A stretch of DNA of 56,389 nt from an uncultured virus (IMG/VR IMGVR_UViG_2898074128_000002) (Duplodnaviria; Heunggongvirae; Uroviricota; Caudoviricetes), in the IMG/VR virus record IMGVR_UViG_2898074128_000002. The stretch is one strand, 5' to 3'. The stretch's first letter is position 1; each line of letters begins with the position of its first letter. A program made the translations under genes and the position numbers. The notes under the pieces were generated by a model. The model ran no database searches and had not been told where the DNA came from. It was given only the letters and a program-made list of their open reading frames with translations. Below, piece by piece: positions 10,523 through 20,483 of the stretch.

Positions 10523-13500
10523 TTAAAGAGCGATCCCCGCATCTTCTTCTACAGAGGCTGGAACTGGTTGGGCCAGACCTTCTGTTTTCTCAGGTGACGC
10601 TTTTACAGGTTCTATGATACGCTGCGTATCTTTCTTCGCGAGCTTGGTCTGCTCTGTCGCTTGGCGCATGGTAAACGGAGCAAATCGTTTGTTCTGCTCC
10701 CCTTCCAGAAGAGACTCCCCGTTAATCGCGAGTTTCGTAAGTTCATCATAACCGCCCCCGTAGGCCACGCGGTCCATCGGAGATCCTTTGATCGCCATCG
10801 CATCTTTCAGCGGGAGGATCTGCCCGTTATGGGTCAGCGTCTCGGTTACCGAATCAATGAATTTCTCATTGACATCGACCCGCATCTTGTTCTCCATGAT
10901 GTCGGAGAGCTGTGTTTTGAACGTATGCGGTGTGAGCGAGCGCTTCGGGTTATTCACGTCTTTCCCGCGGAACGTTTTGTTCATATCATCCGTTAGGATT
11001 TCATTCACTGTACGAGCATGATCCGCGTCGTGCTTAATCTGGAGCGTACCCTGCGTGAGCGGATACATCGATTCCAGTGCCGCTGTGATATCCTGGTTAC
11101 GCATCGTCGAGACGAGCTTCTGGCTGAACGCTCCTGCAAGACCAGTATCATCGGACTTAACGCCTGTGGCGTACTGAATTTCCCGGGCGTCATGCTCGGT
11201 CTTCTTGCCTGTATGATACTCTTTGTAGTCGTCTAGCTTTTTCGGACTACCTTTCGCCCCGTTATCCACCATTTGCTTAAATGAATTGAATACCGCCTCG
11301 TCATTTTTGAACGAAACGAAATCTCCGCCAAAACCGTGCTCTCGGAACAGCTTGTGGCTGTATGCGTTTAAATCACGCTGAGACTGCTTTAAGAGTTTTG
11401 GATTCGAGCTCTTTGCGTTCTTCTCGGCTTTTTCATACAGCTTTTTCGGGCTGTCATCCCCGAGCTTCTCCGCTCTCGCTTCGGCACTCGCTAAGTCCAT
11501 TCCTGTCTGGAAGTACAGCTCGTCTTTTCCTGAACCTTTATCGATCATGTTCGCCCAGTGAGAGAATTTCTCGACCAGGTCTTTATTGGCTGCTTTCGAA
11601 TCGAACTTCATGATACCCATGGTGTCTCCATCGAAATCCATATCGTGTGACTTATCCGCAATCGGGTTAATTGCAATCCCGTGAACCGAATCGTCTTTCA
11701 CGACTGTCATAGCACGGATCGCCCCATCTCGCCATACCGGATCACGGAACGCCATGACAACGTCGCCTTCTTTAGCATCCAGCGCATCCATCATGTCCTG
11801 ATTCATCCCCGCTTCCCCGATGTTCAGTCTCGGGTCTACAACCGCTACTCCTGTAGCAGAATGATTCATACGTTTCCCCATGATCTTGTCACGGATAAAG
11901 CTGTGTTTACCGTTATGGCCGCCGTCAAATTGCCGATCAATGATGGTGGACTGGATCTTATCGAAATGGTCTTGCGCTTTCGCCTGCGCTTTCTCCTTGG
12001 CTTCGTCCGTGTCGGCTGTTGTATAGTCATAGACGGCATCGTAGATGTTCGCGTAATGGTTCGTGAAATCCGATCGTCTCATGGAGCCGTCCACCAATTC
12101 TACGTTCTGGCGAAGTGACGCCGATAAAACCGGAATTTCATTGGTTGTTCTACCATTTTTAAACTCTACTTCAAATGGCACGTCCAGGAAGCCGCCCTGG
12201 TCTTTAATTTGATCTAAAAACTCACCAGAGTCCACGTCCGGATCATACGTAAAGTGGTGTCTCTCCTCATCGGCATGAGGGGTATACTCATTCATGATGG
12301 TGCCATCCGCTTTCATATCCAGACCAGTTGCGATCAGGTATTCACGGTACGTACTCCAAGCAGAATCGTTTCGGCCATAAATTTCATCCAGGATGCCGTT
12401 CGCTTGCTTAGATTGCAGCGCCCAGGCAAGCTGACCGCTTGCTTTACGACCTTTTCCTTCAAGAACGTCCTCTCGGGTATACGCGTGGGTCTTGTCATCC
12501 ACTTTCATATCAGTGACGATGATGTTCAGCTGACCCATGGCTCCTTCGAATGTCTCCCCGGTATCCGGATCGACAAGGTCTTTCACTTCACCGTCCATGA
12601 GCTCTTTTACCACTCCGGCATTGTGGCGGGAGAGCATGGAATACGGCGCACTCACCACATCAAGCTCAGGATTCGCTTTCATGAAGCGTACTTCTTTATC
12701 AAGCCCCTGCTTTTTCGCTTCAGCAGGGTCCATGTCACGGTCAATGACAATCCCGATTGTTCCTTTGTTACCACCGAAGTCAGAGAGCTTATCTCCACGC
12801 TGCAGCGGGCGGAAGCGACCGTGTTCTTCCAGGAACGACTCCATGGCTTCGCCCGCTCTTGCACGGCTGCTACTGTCTGTCACACCTGTCCACGCGTTAT
12901 ATAAATCAACACCTTTGTCCAATAGTTCCCGGGACCACAACATTCCACTACCTTTTAAGAGCATTGCCGGGTCTTGGTCTGGGTCGACCGCCAGCTTCTT
13001 AATCGTGCTGTCCAGTACAGCCATGGATTCTTCGTTTGGTTTGTGGCCAAAGACTTTGTTACGCTCAGCAAATTCTTTTGAAACGGCGTAGCTGTCATCG
13101 AATGTCCAGCCGCCAAATGCCATCAGTGCTGTATTGACGTTTTCATCGACTTTTAGAGCGGTCATCAACTGGTTAGATGACATTTGGTTACGATCCCACG
13201 CGTTGAATGACTTTTTATCAAAGTACGGAAGTTTTTGAAGCGCCGTTTTATCCGGTGCGTACGTTCCGTCTTCCTGTAAAATCCCCTTAGATGGGGTCAC
13301 GCTTCCGTCTTTGTGGACCTCGGCGCCATCTGTTAAGTACCAGATCAACCCTTGTGTCTTACCGGTCCCTGTCATGGTTGTGTCCGCATAGTTCTCAATA
13401 TCTTTATCCAGCACCCGCATATTCGTCTCTCCGGCCACTTTCCAGTAGCTGAATGCGGATGTGTCATCTTGGTTGCCATACTCCCGGTTTGCTGCTGTTT

Positions 13501-15820
13501 CCGCACTGGTTGTCGCATAATCAGAGAACTGGTTATCGAAACGCACACGGTTGGAAAGTGTCTGTAGTATCGCACTTTTTGTAGCAGTATCTAACTGGTT
13601 TGTTTCCATGAAATCCAATTCAATACGCTTGCCGTATACATCCCCGTGATACAGACCATTAATACCGCTCGCATCAAGCACTGTCGGTATTGTACCGATC
13701 GCAGGGTCGAGCGGGCGAGTCATCTGGTGCGTCACTTTCGCACGCAGCTGCTCCGTTAAGTGCTGTTCAAACCCTTTGGCACGAAAACGATTCATACGAT
13801 CGTCGTAATCCCCTTCAAACGAGAAGTAGCCAGTATATCCCGGAACGATCCCGTAGTTGTTACCACCCTGGAACTGCGTGGCGATAATTCCGTTTTCATC
13901 CGGTACCATAACCTGTCCGATTTCTCCGTTTACTTTTTGCCACATCTGGTCTTTTTTCTTGGAACCAGTTCGGCGGTTTCCTTCCCAGCGAATAACGCCG
14001 TTCTCATCGATTTTTACGTCCGGATTGGAGCCGAACCCATCTTCCCCGACAAACCCGCCGGATTTCAGCGTGTCCTGCACAGTTGTTAGAGCCTGCTTCA
14101 GCATTGGATGTTCTATCTCGTCGATAGACTTTGCCGTTTTCGGATCAAATGCAATCAGGCGTTCTCTCATGGCATTGACTGCAAAGTCATTTCCTTTGAT
14201 TTTGTCCAGATCATATTTGACGGTTTTTAGAGCCGCCATCATCGCATCCCGTTCGTTACCTCTACCGGTTTGCTGCATATGATCGATAACAAATGCCGGA
14301 TTGAACCCTCTCTCGTAATCCCCTGTGATGGAATTCTGTACGGTATTCAGGTAACCCATTCCGCCATCCTCGCTGTGAATGGCCATTTGTGCAGCACGCT
14401 CTTGCGCTTCACGGATAATATCATCATTGGAATATAACTTCTCCAGCTCCGCCTGGAATTCCGGACCGGTAATCAGCACGTCTTCGTTATCCAGTCCTGA
14501 GTCGATTAAGGCTTGCAGTTCTTCGGCCTTGAATTGGTCCGTTACAACCGCCTGAGCATCCCCGATCGCTGTTTCGATGTACTCTTTTGCTTCTGCTTCG
14601 CCGGCAAAAACAAGAGAGCGATAACGGCCTTTTATAGGCTGTACCTGGAGGGATTTCTGACGATCCACCCCATCCAGCTGAACACGGCTGGATTCACGGC
14701 TGACGGATTTCACGACTTTTCCTGTCTTGTTTCCTGTCACGTAATCCAAGAGCGCAATGGAGTCACTAGCTTCGAACTTCGTATTTTCTTTTACGGATTT
14801 AGAACCCATTACGTTAAAGTAATACGCATTATACGCATCGTATACACGACCGATGTAGCTACCGTTAGCCTCGGAATCGAAAACGCGGACATTAATGTTC
14901 TCCCCGGCATTCATGCGAACTTCGATCTGATTTGGATTCCCGTTTTCACGAACGTTGAAGTCATAGCCGTTTGAGCGCATATGCTTGAGCAGCTCGACGC
15001 TGTTTTCTGCAAGTTCGTAATCGAAAAGCTGATCTTCCCCGATATTTTTCGCTACAGCCTCCGCGTCGGCTTTTGTGAGGTAAGCACCCATCACATGAGA
15101 AAGACCTCGATATTCCTTCCCATCGTATTTACCTCCGTTCCAGCCGAGCAGCTGTTCGTTGGATATAATAACGGCATCTTCGGATTCCGCAGGCTCATTC
15201 TGATTTTCTGGCCCATTCGCCCCAGCCGGAGTGGAAACAGCTGCCTGGTTGAACCCTGCCCGCTCGTTTTGTGCTACACCTGCTACACCTGCTGCAGCAA
15301 CCGTAGATTTGAACGTGAAATCCGCATCCGTACGATCATGAAAAGTCACCGCATCTCCAGGATTTAACTCACGCGCCGACTTTTCTTTATGGACGAAAAA
15401 CGCTTTTCGCATTGGTTCGTCGGCCTGATTTAAGATGTTATCCCGGATGACCGGATCAGTGACAACATGCAGGTAATTTCCTTCTTGCGCATGTTTATCG
15501 TATTCGCTCCGGGAGAGCGCCCACATTTCTGCGACCCCTTTATCTAAAGACTCGTATTCATCCAGCTTCCCGAACGAGGTCGCCCCGGTAGAACGAAGCA
15601 ATCGAACGAAATCGCTCGGCTTGGCCTTCATTGTGGCAAAGTCCATCGGCTGCCCATCGCGTTCCCATTTGTCACGGAATTCCTGCATGAGAGAAGGTGT
15701 TACTCTTATTCCTTGCTTTTTCAAATCACCCATCGTCTGTGAGAGCATAACCATCGTGGCATACTCAGCGATGTCCTGGTATCGGGTATCCGTCGTCTGT
15801 TTTTCTATTGTCCCCAACAT
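10523..15820 (-). CDS. Single-polypeptide double-psi-beta-barrel DNA-dependent RNA polymerase (beta + beta' catalytic regions fused)
   Basis: beta-like: DRNQMSSNQ, GWTFDDSYAVS, GDKLSDFGGNKGTI, DVVSAPYSMLSRHNAG. beta'-like: IMGKRMNHSATGV, FRDP, INP...DMDFDGDTM (11624-11638), NGAKGS, TGLAGAFSQKLV, PLTQGTLQIKH. Likely start 15820 after GAAAGGGG. Confidence 0.9.
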   Translation of the reverse strand: MLGTIEKQTTDTRYQDIAEYATMVMLSQTMGDLKKQGIRVTPSLMQEFRDKWERDGQPMDFATMKAKPSDFVRLLRSTGATSFGKLDEYESLDKGVAEMWALSRSEYDKHAQEGNYLHVVTDPVIRDNILNQADEPMRKAFFVHKEKSARELNPGDAVTFHDRTDADFTFKSTVAAAGVAGVAQNERAGFNQAAVSTPAGANGPENQNEPAESEDAVIISNEQLLGWNGGKYDGKEYRGLSHVMGAYLTKADAEAVAKNIGEDQLFDYELAENSVELLKHMRSNGYDFNVRENGNPNQIEVRMNAGENINVRVFDSEANGSYIGRVYDAYNAYYFNVMGSKSVKENTKFEASDSIALLDYVTGNKTGKVVKSVSRESSRVQLDGVDRQKSLQVQPIKGRYRSLVFAGEAEAKEYIETAIGDAQAVVTDQFKAEELQALIDSGLDNEDVLITGPEFQAELEKLYSNDDIIREAQERAAQMAIHSEDGGMGYLNTVQNSITGDYERGFNPAFVIDHMQQTGRGNERDAMMAALKTVKYDLDKIKGNDFAVNAMRERLIAFDPKTAKSIDEIEHPMLKQALTTVQDTLKSGGFVGEDGFGSNPDVKIDENGVIRWEGNRRTGSKKKDQMWQKVNGEIGQVMVPDENGIIATQFQGGNNYGIVPGYTGYFSFEGDYDDRMNRFRAKGFEQHLTEQLRAKVTHQMTRPLDPAIGTIPTVLDASGINGLYHGDVYGKRIELDFMETNQLDTATKSAILQTLSNRVRFDNQFSDYATTSAETAANREYGNQDDTSAFSYWKVAGETNMRVLDKDIENYADTTMTGTGKTQGLIWYLTDGAEVHKDGSVTPSKGILQEDGTYAPDKTALQKLPYFDKKSFNAWDRNQMSSNQLMTALKVDENVNTALMAFGGWTFDDSYAVSKEFAERNKVFGHKPNEESMAVLDSTIKKLAVDPDQDPAMLLKGSGMLWSRELLDKGVDLYNAWTGVTDSSSRARAGEAMESFLEEHGRFRPLQRGDKLSDFGGNKGTIGIVIDRDMDPAEAKKQGLDKEVRFMKANPELDVVSAPYSMLSRHNAGVVKELMDGEVKDLVDPDTGETFEGAMGQLNIIVTDMKVDDKTHAYTREDVLEGKGRKASGQLAWALQSKQANGILDEIYGRNDSAWSTYREYLIATGLDMKADGTIMNEYTPHADEERHHFTYDPDVDSGEFLDQIKDQGGFLDVPFEVEFKNGRTTNEIPVLSASLRQNVELVDGSMRRSDFTNHYANIYDAVYDYTTADTDEAKEKAQAKAQDHFDKIQSTIIDRQFDGGHNGKHSFIRDKIMGKRMNHSATGVAVVDPRLNIGEAGMNQDMMDALDAKEGDVVMAFRDPVWRDGAIRAMTVVKDDSVHGIAINPIADKSHDMDFDGDTMGIMKFDSKAANKDLVEKFSHWANMIDKGSGKDELYFQTGMDLASAEARAEKLGDDSPKKLYEKAEKNAKSSNPKLLKQSQRDLNAYSHKLFREHGFGGDFVSFKNDEAVFNSFKQMVDNGAKGSPKKLDDYKEYHTGKKTEHDAREIQYATGVKSDDTGLAGAFSQKLVSTMRNQDITAALESMYPLTQGTLQIKHDADHARTVNEILTDDMNKTFRGKDVNNPKRSLTPHTFKTQLSDIMENKMRVDVNEKFIDSVTETLTHNGQILPLKDAMAIKGSPMDRVAYGGGYDELTKLAINGESLLEGEQNKRFAPFTMRQATEQTKLAKKDTQRIIEPVKASPEKTEGLAQPVPASVEEDAGIAL

Positions 15821-15906
15821 GTCGTCAAAACCCCTTTCATTTTGCTCTGTACACAGCGTTTTCATATCGTTTTAAAAACAATTTACATAGCTTAATTATA
15901 CCATAG

Positions 15907-15928
15907 AAAAAAGAGGCCGAAGCCTCTT
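15907..15928 (-). terminator. Probable terminator downstream of virD4, next to the RNAP promoter (-10 TGGTATAAT near 15895-15903)
   Basis: AAAGAGGC-CGAA-GCCTCTTT hairpin. Confidence 0.6.
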
Positions 15929-16010
15929 TGGTGGGGTGATTTGTTAAACATTCCAGCATATTCCTGAAACAAAACAGCAGTTTTACCCCTTGTATATTTT
16001 CTTTTGTGTG

Positions 16011-17182
16011 TTAGTTTTGCATTTTCAGCTGATACGCCCGTTTCGCTCCCTGTTCAAATCGGCCACCGGCAAGGTCCCGCCACGATTCCAACTCCGCCAG
16101 AAACTTGATGAATTCATCCGTGACTTCATAGAATACTTCATTGGTGTCTCCTTCGCCGTACACGCGCGTCTCGGCGTCCATCTCGGCGTTTTCCAGTGAC
16201 TGGATGTCTTCCCGGTCAGCGCCCTTACTTGTCCGCACGTACATCACACCGGTATCGCTGGTGAGCTCTCCGTTGTCATTGACACGGAACCCCGGGGCGT
16301 CTTCGAAGTATTTCTGTGATTCGGCATATGCCTCAGCCAAGACCTTATCGAGCTGACGGTTCACCTGTCCGCCAATCGCAACTAAGTCCTCCCGGCTGAT
16401 AAGACCACCCGCATACCGTTTTTGCTGATGCGTCTCCTGCTGGCTCTGTGCTTTTGCCGCTTCCTGAACCACCTCGGTGTTTTCCTCGGCAGCATCCAGG
16501 ATATTGCCGAATTCATCCATGTCCGGTACGCCTTCCATATCTTCCGCGAGGTTTTCCCCGGCCGGGCGGTGTTTGATATTGTACATCTGTGAGTTTATTG
16601 CATGCATAATATCATCTGCGACAACGTTTTGGTCAAGACGGATTAGATCCGTCTCTGAAAGCTCATACGCATCCAGGTACGCCTGTTTCATCATACCTGC
16701 CATCTTCGCCTGTTCCAGACGGCGCTCCAGCATATTAAAGAAGTCCGGCTGGTTTTTACGTACGTCGAAATCCTTCGCGCTGGAGTTTGTCGGAATCGTC
16801 TGCAAGCTAAATTTCTTACCTGGCAGATTAATTTGATTCTGAAATAATCTCCAACTCATCGGATATGCTGTTTCATTACGATTCCAAATCGGGCTTACAC
16901 CTGCTTTAATCACGATGGAATTACGCTGCTCAATAAACATGAAGTCATTGAACTGGATAACCGGGCGCTCTTTTGTCGCCATCGTATAGCTGATTTTTCC
17001 TTCGTTTTTATACCAAAGCCGTTCATTGTCACGCGTGACGGTCTTCTGATCCACACGCGCTTCGTGCGTGGTACCTGACATTTTCACCAGGGTGTCGATC
17101 ATGGAATCATCCGTGGACTTTAAGAACACGATATTCTCGGTGTTACCTTGGATTATCTTATCTACTGATTCGCCGTAAACAT
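16011..17182 (-). CDS. virD4: VirD4/TraG-like type IV coupling protein, exon 5 of 5
   Basis: DVYGESVDKIIQGNTENIVFLKS is typical of a T4CP C-terminal region; in frame with exon 4 after intron removal. Confidence 0.85.
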
Positions 17183-17634
17183 CGGATGTTTTATTTAGGC
17201 GCAACCCTAAACTCTATGTCAATTCATAGCACCCTCATTACAAGGCGTGACCTGACTATATGTCAATCTGCCCGTAAAGGCAGACCATCTATTTTTCGAG
17301 GTGTCATTCGCTTACACCCCTACGGGGACACCATCCCCTAGTCGATGAACGTTCTCCATCACACGTATGTGTGACTGCGGAGATTCGTAACCAAACAGAC
17401 CCTTGTTGTCAGCGATTAGGAACCGTATCTGACGGCTTTTGTTTCATCCTTTCGCCATCCCGCCATGCGATGATCGCACTCTTAACTTCTTTCTGCTCTC
17501 GCTCCTTCACGCTTGCCTTTTCAAGCTACGTTGTGGCGTGCGGGCTCTTTAGGTCGTTCAAGGTATTTAACTGATGTAATGGTACGCACCCATTACGGAT
17601 ACGCAGAGATATTGTCAGGCGACGACAACGTCTT
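17183..17634 (-). ncRNA. ORF-less group I intron (intron 4) with an atypical 5' splice site; boundaries +/-1 nt
   Basis: P7 elements TTCATCGACTA and ACATATAGTC; P3 CATCAGTT/AATAGATG; shares the CCACAACGTA...AAGCGTGA and AAGCGA peripheral elements with intron 3; removal gives LQQLR-DVYGES. Confidence 0.75.
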
Positions 17635-18510
17635 CTCTGAGCTGCTGTAAAGTTTGGAGAATAAGCGTAAATTGCTGTTCCTGGCCAAGGCCTATACTCA
17701 GCATCGTCTGCAATGCAGGTATGCCGTTTCCTTCCGACTGCAAATTGCCCACTTCGTCCAGCATATACCTTGTTTTATACAGCGGTTTCTGGTTTTCTTT
17801 TGTGAGATACGAGCTCTCGAAATTCACATCTACCATCTGTTTAATTAAAATCAAGATCAATTTCGCATAACTCATAAGGTGAGGTGGCGTGATAAAAAAT
17901 ATTGCTTTCGGACGTTCCGTATACTTCACAGTCTTCTGGCTGAACGCCGGAATCTCGACGATTTCTTGTTTCCTGTTTTCATCAAGTAAGTCGTAATACC
18001 GGCGCTTTACGACCGTGTCGCGGTACTCGAACTTGTTCTTCTTTTTGTTAAACCGAAGCTCCCGGAGCGCCCCGTCTTTTATGATTTTCTTGTTGAGCAC
18101 AGGGTCTTTCACGTACCGGCGTCCGGACAGGTCTGTTTTAAAGGTAAGCTCCAATTCAAAATAAAACGTCTTGACGAGCAATCCTGTCTTCGGATTCTTG
18201 ATCTGCAGCTTGATATAACTCTTACGCTTTTTGAACTTCCCATCAAAGAAGTAGCGGGCCCATCCTTCCCGGTCAATCGTTTGTGTGTGGCCGAATGTTT
18301 TTTTATCGAGCTGATTTTCAAATGCCGGGTCTTCATAAGCGGTCCAGACAGACTGCAAACCGACCAATTTATATTTCTCAAGATACTCGGACGCAAATCT
18401 CACCCCGATCCTTCGTGGGAACGACAGGCCTTTCGCATCGAAATTCTGTGACGGTTTCCCGGATGTTAATGTAGATATTGTTGGGTCTGTAAAGAATGAC
18501 ATGGCTGTCA
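17635..18510 (-). CDS. virD4: VirD4-like coupling protein, exon 4 (Walker B)
   Basis: YMLDEVGNL Walker B and ILQTLQQL motif. Confidence 0.85.
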
Positions 18511-18857
18511 CTTTTGCATTCATACAGAGTCGCTACACTCTATACCGCTTAAAAATCAAGCCGCTTGTGCTTTCACACAAGAATAGACTATATCAAACAC
18601 TCAGAGAGTGTCCCCCCGTTTCCCCCACCAATCGCTTGTGGAGTACGCCTATCATACATAGGACTTATTAGTCGTTGAAGCCTTTATCTTATAGAATAAG
18701 ATAACTTGCCTGCTGATTACCCATTGTGGTATCTGTTTCATTTTCAAACCGTCACGCTTATCGTCACCGATTACGTTGTGGTTGAAACAGCTTTAGGGTT
18801 TCCCAGCAATTAGAGGGGTTTCGATTATGTGTCTCCACATAAAAGCCCTAATCAATA
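18511..18857 (-). ncRNA. ORF-less group I intron (intron 3, 347 nt)
   Basis: Canonical P AATTGCTGGGAAA, Q AATCAGCAGG, R TTCAACGACTA, S GATATAGTC; P1 GCCU/GGGC with a U-G wobble at the 5' splice site; terminal G. Confidence 0.9.
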
Positions 18858-18874
18858 AGGCGATGCCATATACA
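18858..18874 (-). CDS. virD4: VirD4-like coupling protein, 17-nt micro-exon 3
   Basis: TGTATATGGCATCGCCT restores the frame: IAS-VYGIA-LTAMSFF. Confidence 0.8.
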
Positions 18875-19145
18875 ATAGTGATAGGTAAGATTTTGATGCG
18901 ATCTCCATCTTTTCCCCCACTCCACACCGTGCATGCGACTTTCATCGCACACGGCGTTCCATCAAAATAGCAAACTGTTCAGATTTATTATTTTGAAATA
19001 GACCGCTCATAAAAACTAACGCTAATGGCTGGTAGCGATAACCTTATGACAACTTCCACATAGCACCTAGTTCAACCGAATCTGCTTCAAATGCTTGCAT
19101 CATTTCGTAGCACCGCCACCTTTACGTTGTAAGTTGGACACATTA

Positions 19146-20414
19146 TCAATCTATTATCCAGGAATACTCTTTATCATAGTCTTTAGCATCGGGCATTCCT
19201 TCATCCACCCACATATAAAAATCAAGCAAATCTGCATCCCAAAACACGACATAGTTCAATTTATTATCTCTAGCCATTTCGCGTTTGCGCACATCACGAA
19301 CTGTCCATGTTTGAATGGCATTATCGTAATAAGGAGAATTCTTATTTTGCCAAGATTCCACTAAATCCTCGTCCATCATCCCATCTGAACCATACCAATG
19401 TTTACCGTGTGTCCATGCGGCATTTAACTCAATAAATAAATCACGACTTTTAATATAAAAGTCACACATGAATGGATAGCGACTGTCTTTATATTGTCTA
19501 ACGACATCTGCTCCAAAAGTATTATATAGCGATTGATACATGAATTCTTCGGGCTTCGACGTATTAAATGTGTTATTCTTCCGTTTTGTTTCATTATTTC
19601 GCTCTATCATTACAGGTAATGCCTCACGAAAACTCTCACTCTGGGAATAATGTTTCGCACCGTATTTCTTTAGTTGTGTGATCTCACTTTTCTTCAAAAT
19701 TTCGGGCAAACGACTTTGGTATTCTTCCGATTGTGCATAATTCGGTACACCGTATCGTTTTAATAAAGTTATTTCATTTTTATCCCTAAATTCATCTGTT
19801 TGACTATAATGACTCACACCGTATTTCGCTAACATTGATGTTTTATATTTATCTCGGTATTCATCCGTCTGCGTATAGTTATCAACGCCATATCGGTCAC
19901 GCACCGTATTTACCAATTTATCTTTAAACGCATCTACGTACATAACATTATCCACACCATATCGCTCACGTACCGTCTTTTTAATACCATCCACCCTCGT
20001 TGGGTGATTAGTTACAGCAATAGAGCGTATGGCATTGGCACATTCTGGACAACCAGAACCTTGAATGTGTGAATTAGCTTCTTGTTCAAACGCTCCATGC
20101 TCTCCACATTTAATAATCACTTTGTCGCGATTTCTGGTAAACTTTGTTTCACTATAATCATATTTATTATTATGTTTCTCATTTGCTTTTTTAATAAACG
20201 ATGACAGTGTCATTCGTGCATTAGGTGCGCATTTCGGGCAACCTTTACCTTTGGTGTGGTTTCCTGCAATTTGTTCAAAAACACCATGAACCGCACAAAT
20301 GATTTTTACTTTAGAATCTCTATTTTTATAATCAACTAAACTATAATCATATCTCTCACCATGATTTGCTTTCGCGCGCTTAATCCATTCATCTGTTGAC
20401 AACTTAATCGCCAT
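19146..20414 (-). CDS. Putative homing endonuclease: Zn-binding repeats, YGV repeats and a C-terminal PD-(D/E)XK/Vsr-like nuclease domain
   Basis: Two H..YDYS...C..HG.FEQ....H..G.GCP.C repeats; five (R/K)YG(V/A) repeats; CDFYI...FIELN...HG; no RT motifs. Confidence 0.7.
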   Translation of the reverse strand: MAIKLSTDEWIKRAKANHGERYDYSLVDYKNRDSKVKIICAVHGVFEQIAGNHTKGKGCPKCAPNARMTLSSFIKKANEKHNNKYDYSETKFTRNRDKVIIKCGEHGAFEQEANSHIQGSGCPECANAIRSIAVTNHPTRVDGIKKTVRERYGVDNVMYVDAFKDKLVNTVRDRYGVDNYTQTDEYRDKYKTSMLAKYGVSHYSQTDEFRDKNEITLLKRYGVPNYAQSEEYQSRLPEILKKSEITQLKKYGAKHYSQSESFREALPVMIERNNETKRKNNTFNTSKPEEFMYQSLYNTFGADVVRQYKDSRYPFMCDFYIKSRDLFIELNAAWTHGKHWYGSDGMMDEDLVESWQNKNSPYYDNAIQTWTVRDVRKREMARDNKLNYVVFWDADLLDFYMWVDEGMPDAKDYDKEYSWIID

Positions 20415-20428
20415 TTTACCACCTGCTA

Positions 20429-20483
20429 TGTTTTCATGTTATACATTAATTATAACATGAAAACACTGACAGCCCAACGTTTT
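20429..20483 (-). promoter_or_regulatory. Intron-internal promoter (extended -10 TGTTATAAT) with the operator AAAACACTG-N6-CAACGTTTT (20460-20483) and a 15-bp hairpin (20429-20465)
   Basis: Operator arms are identical to those at 3625-3648. Confidence 0.65.

Noticed and set aside
10523..15820. Host rpoB/rpoC
   Set aside because: Single, much shorter and highly divergent chain in a conjugation context, with no ribosomal-protein neighbours
18985..19145. Possible remnant of an RT gene in intron 2 domain IV
   Set aside because: No RT/maturase-like residues recognisable; a tBLASTn of LtrA against this segment would settle it
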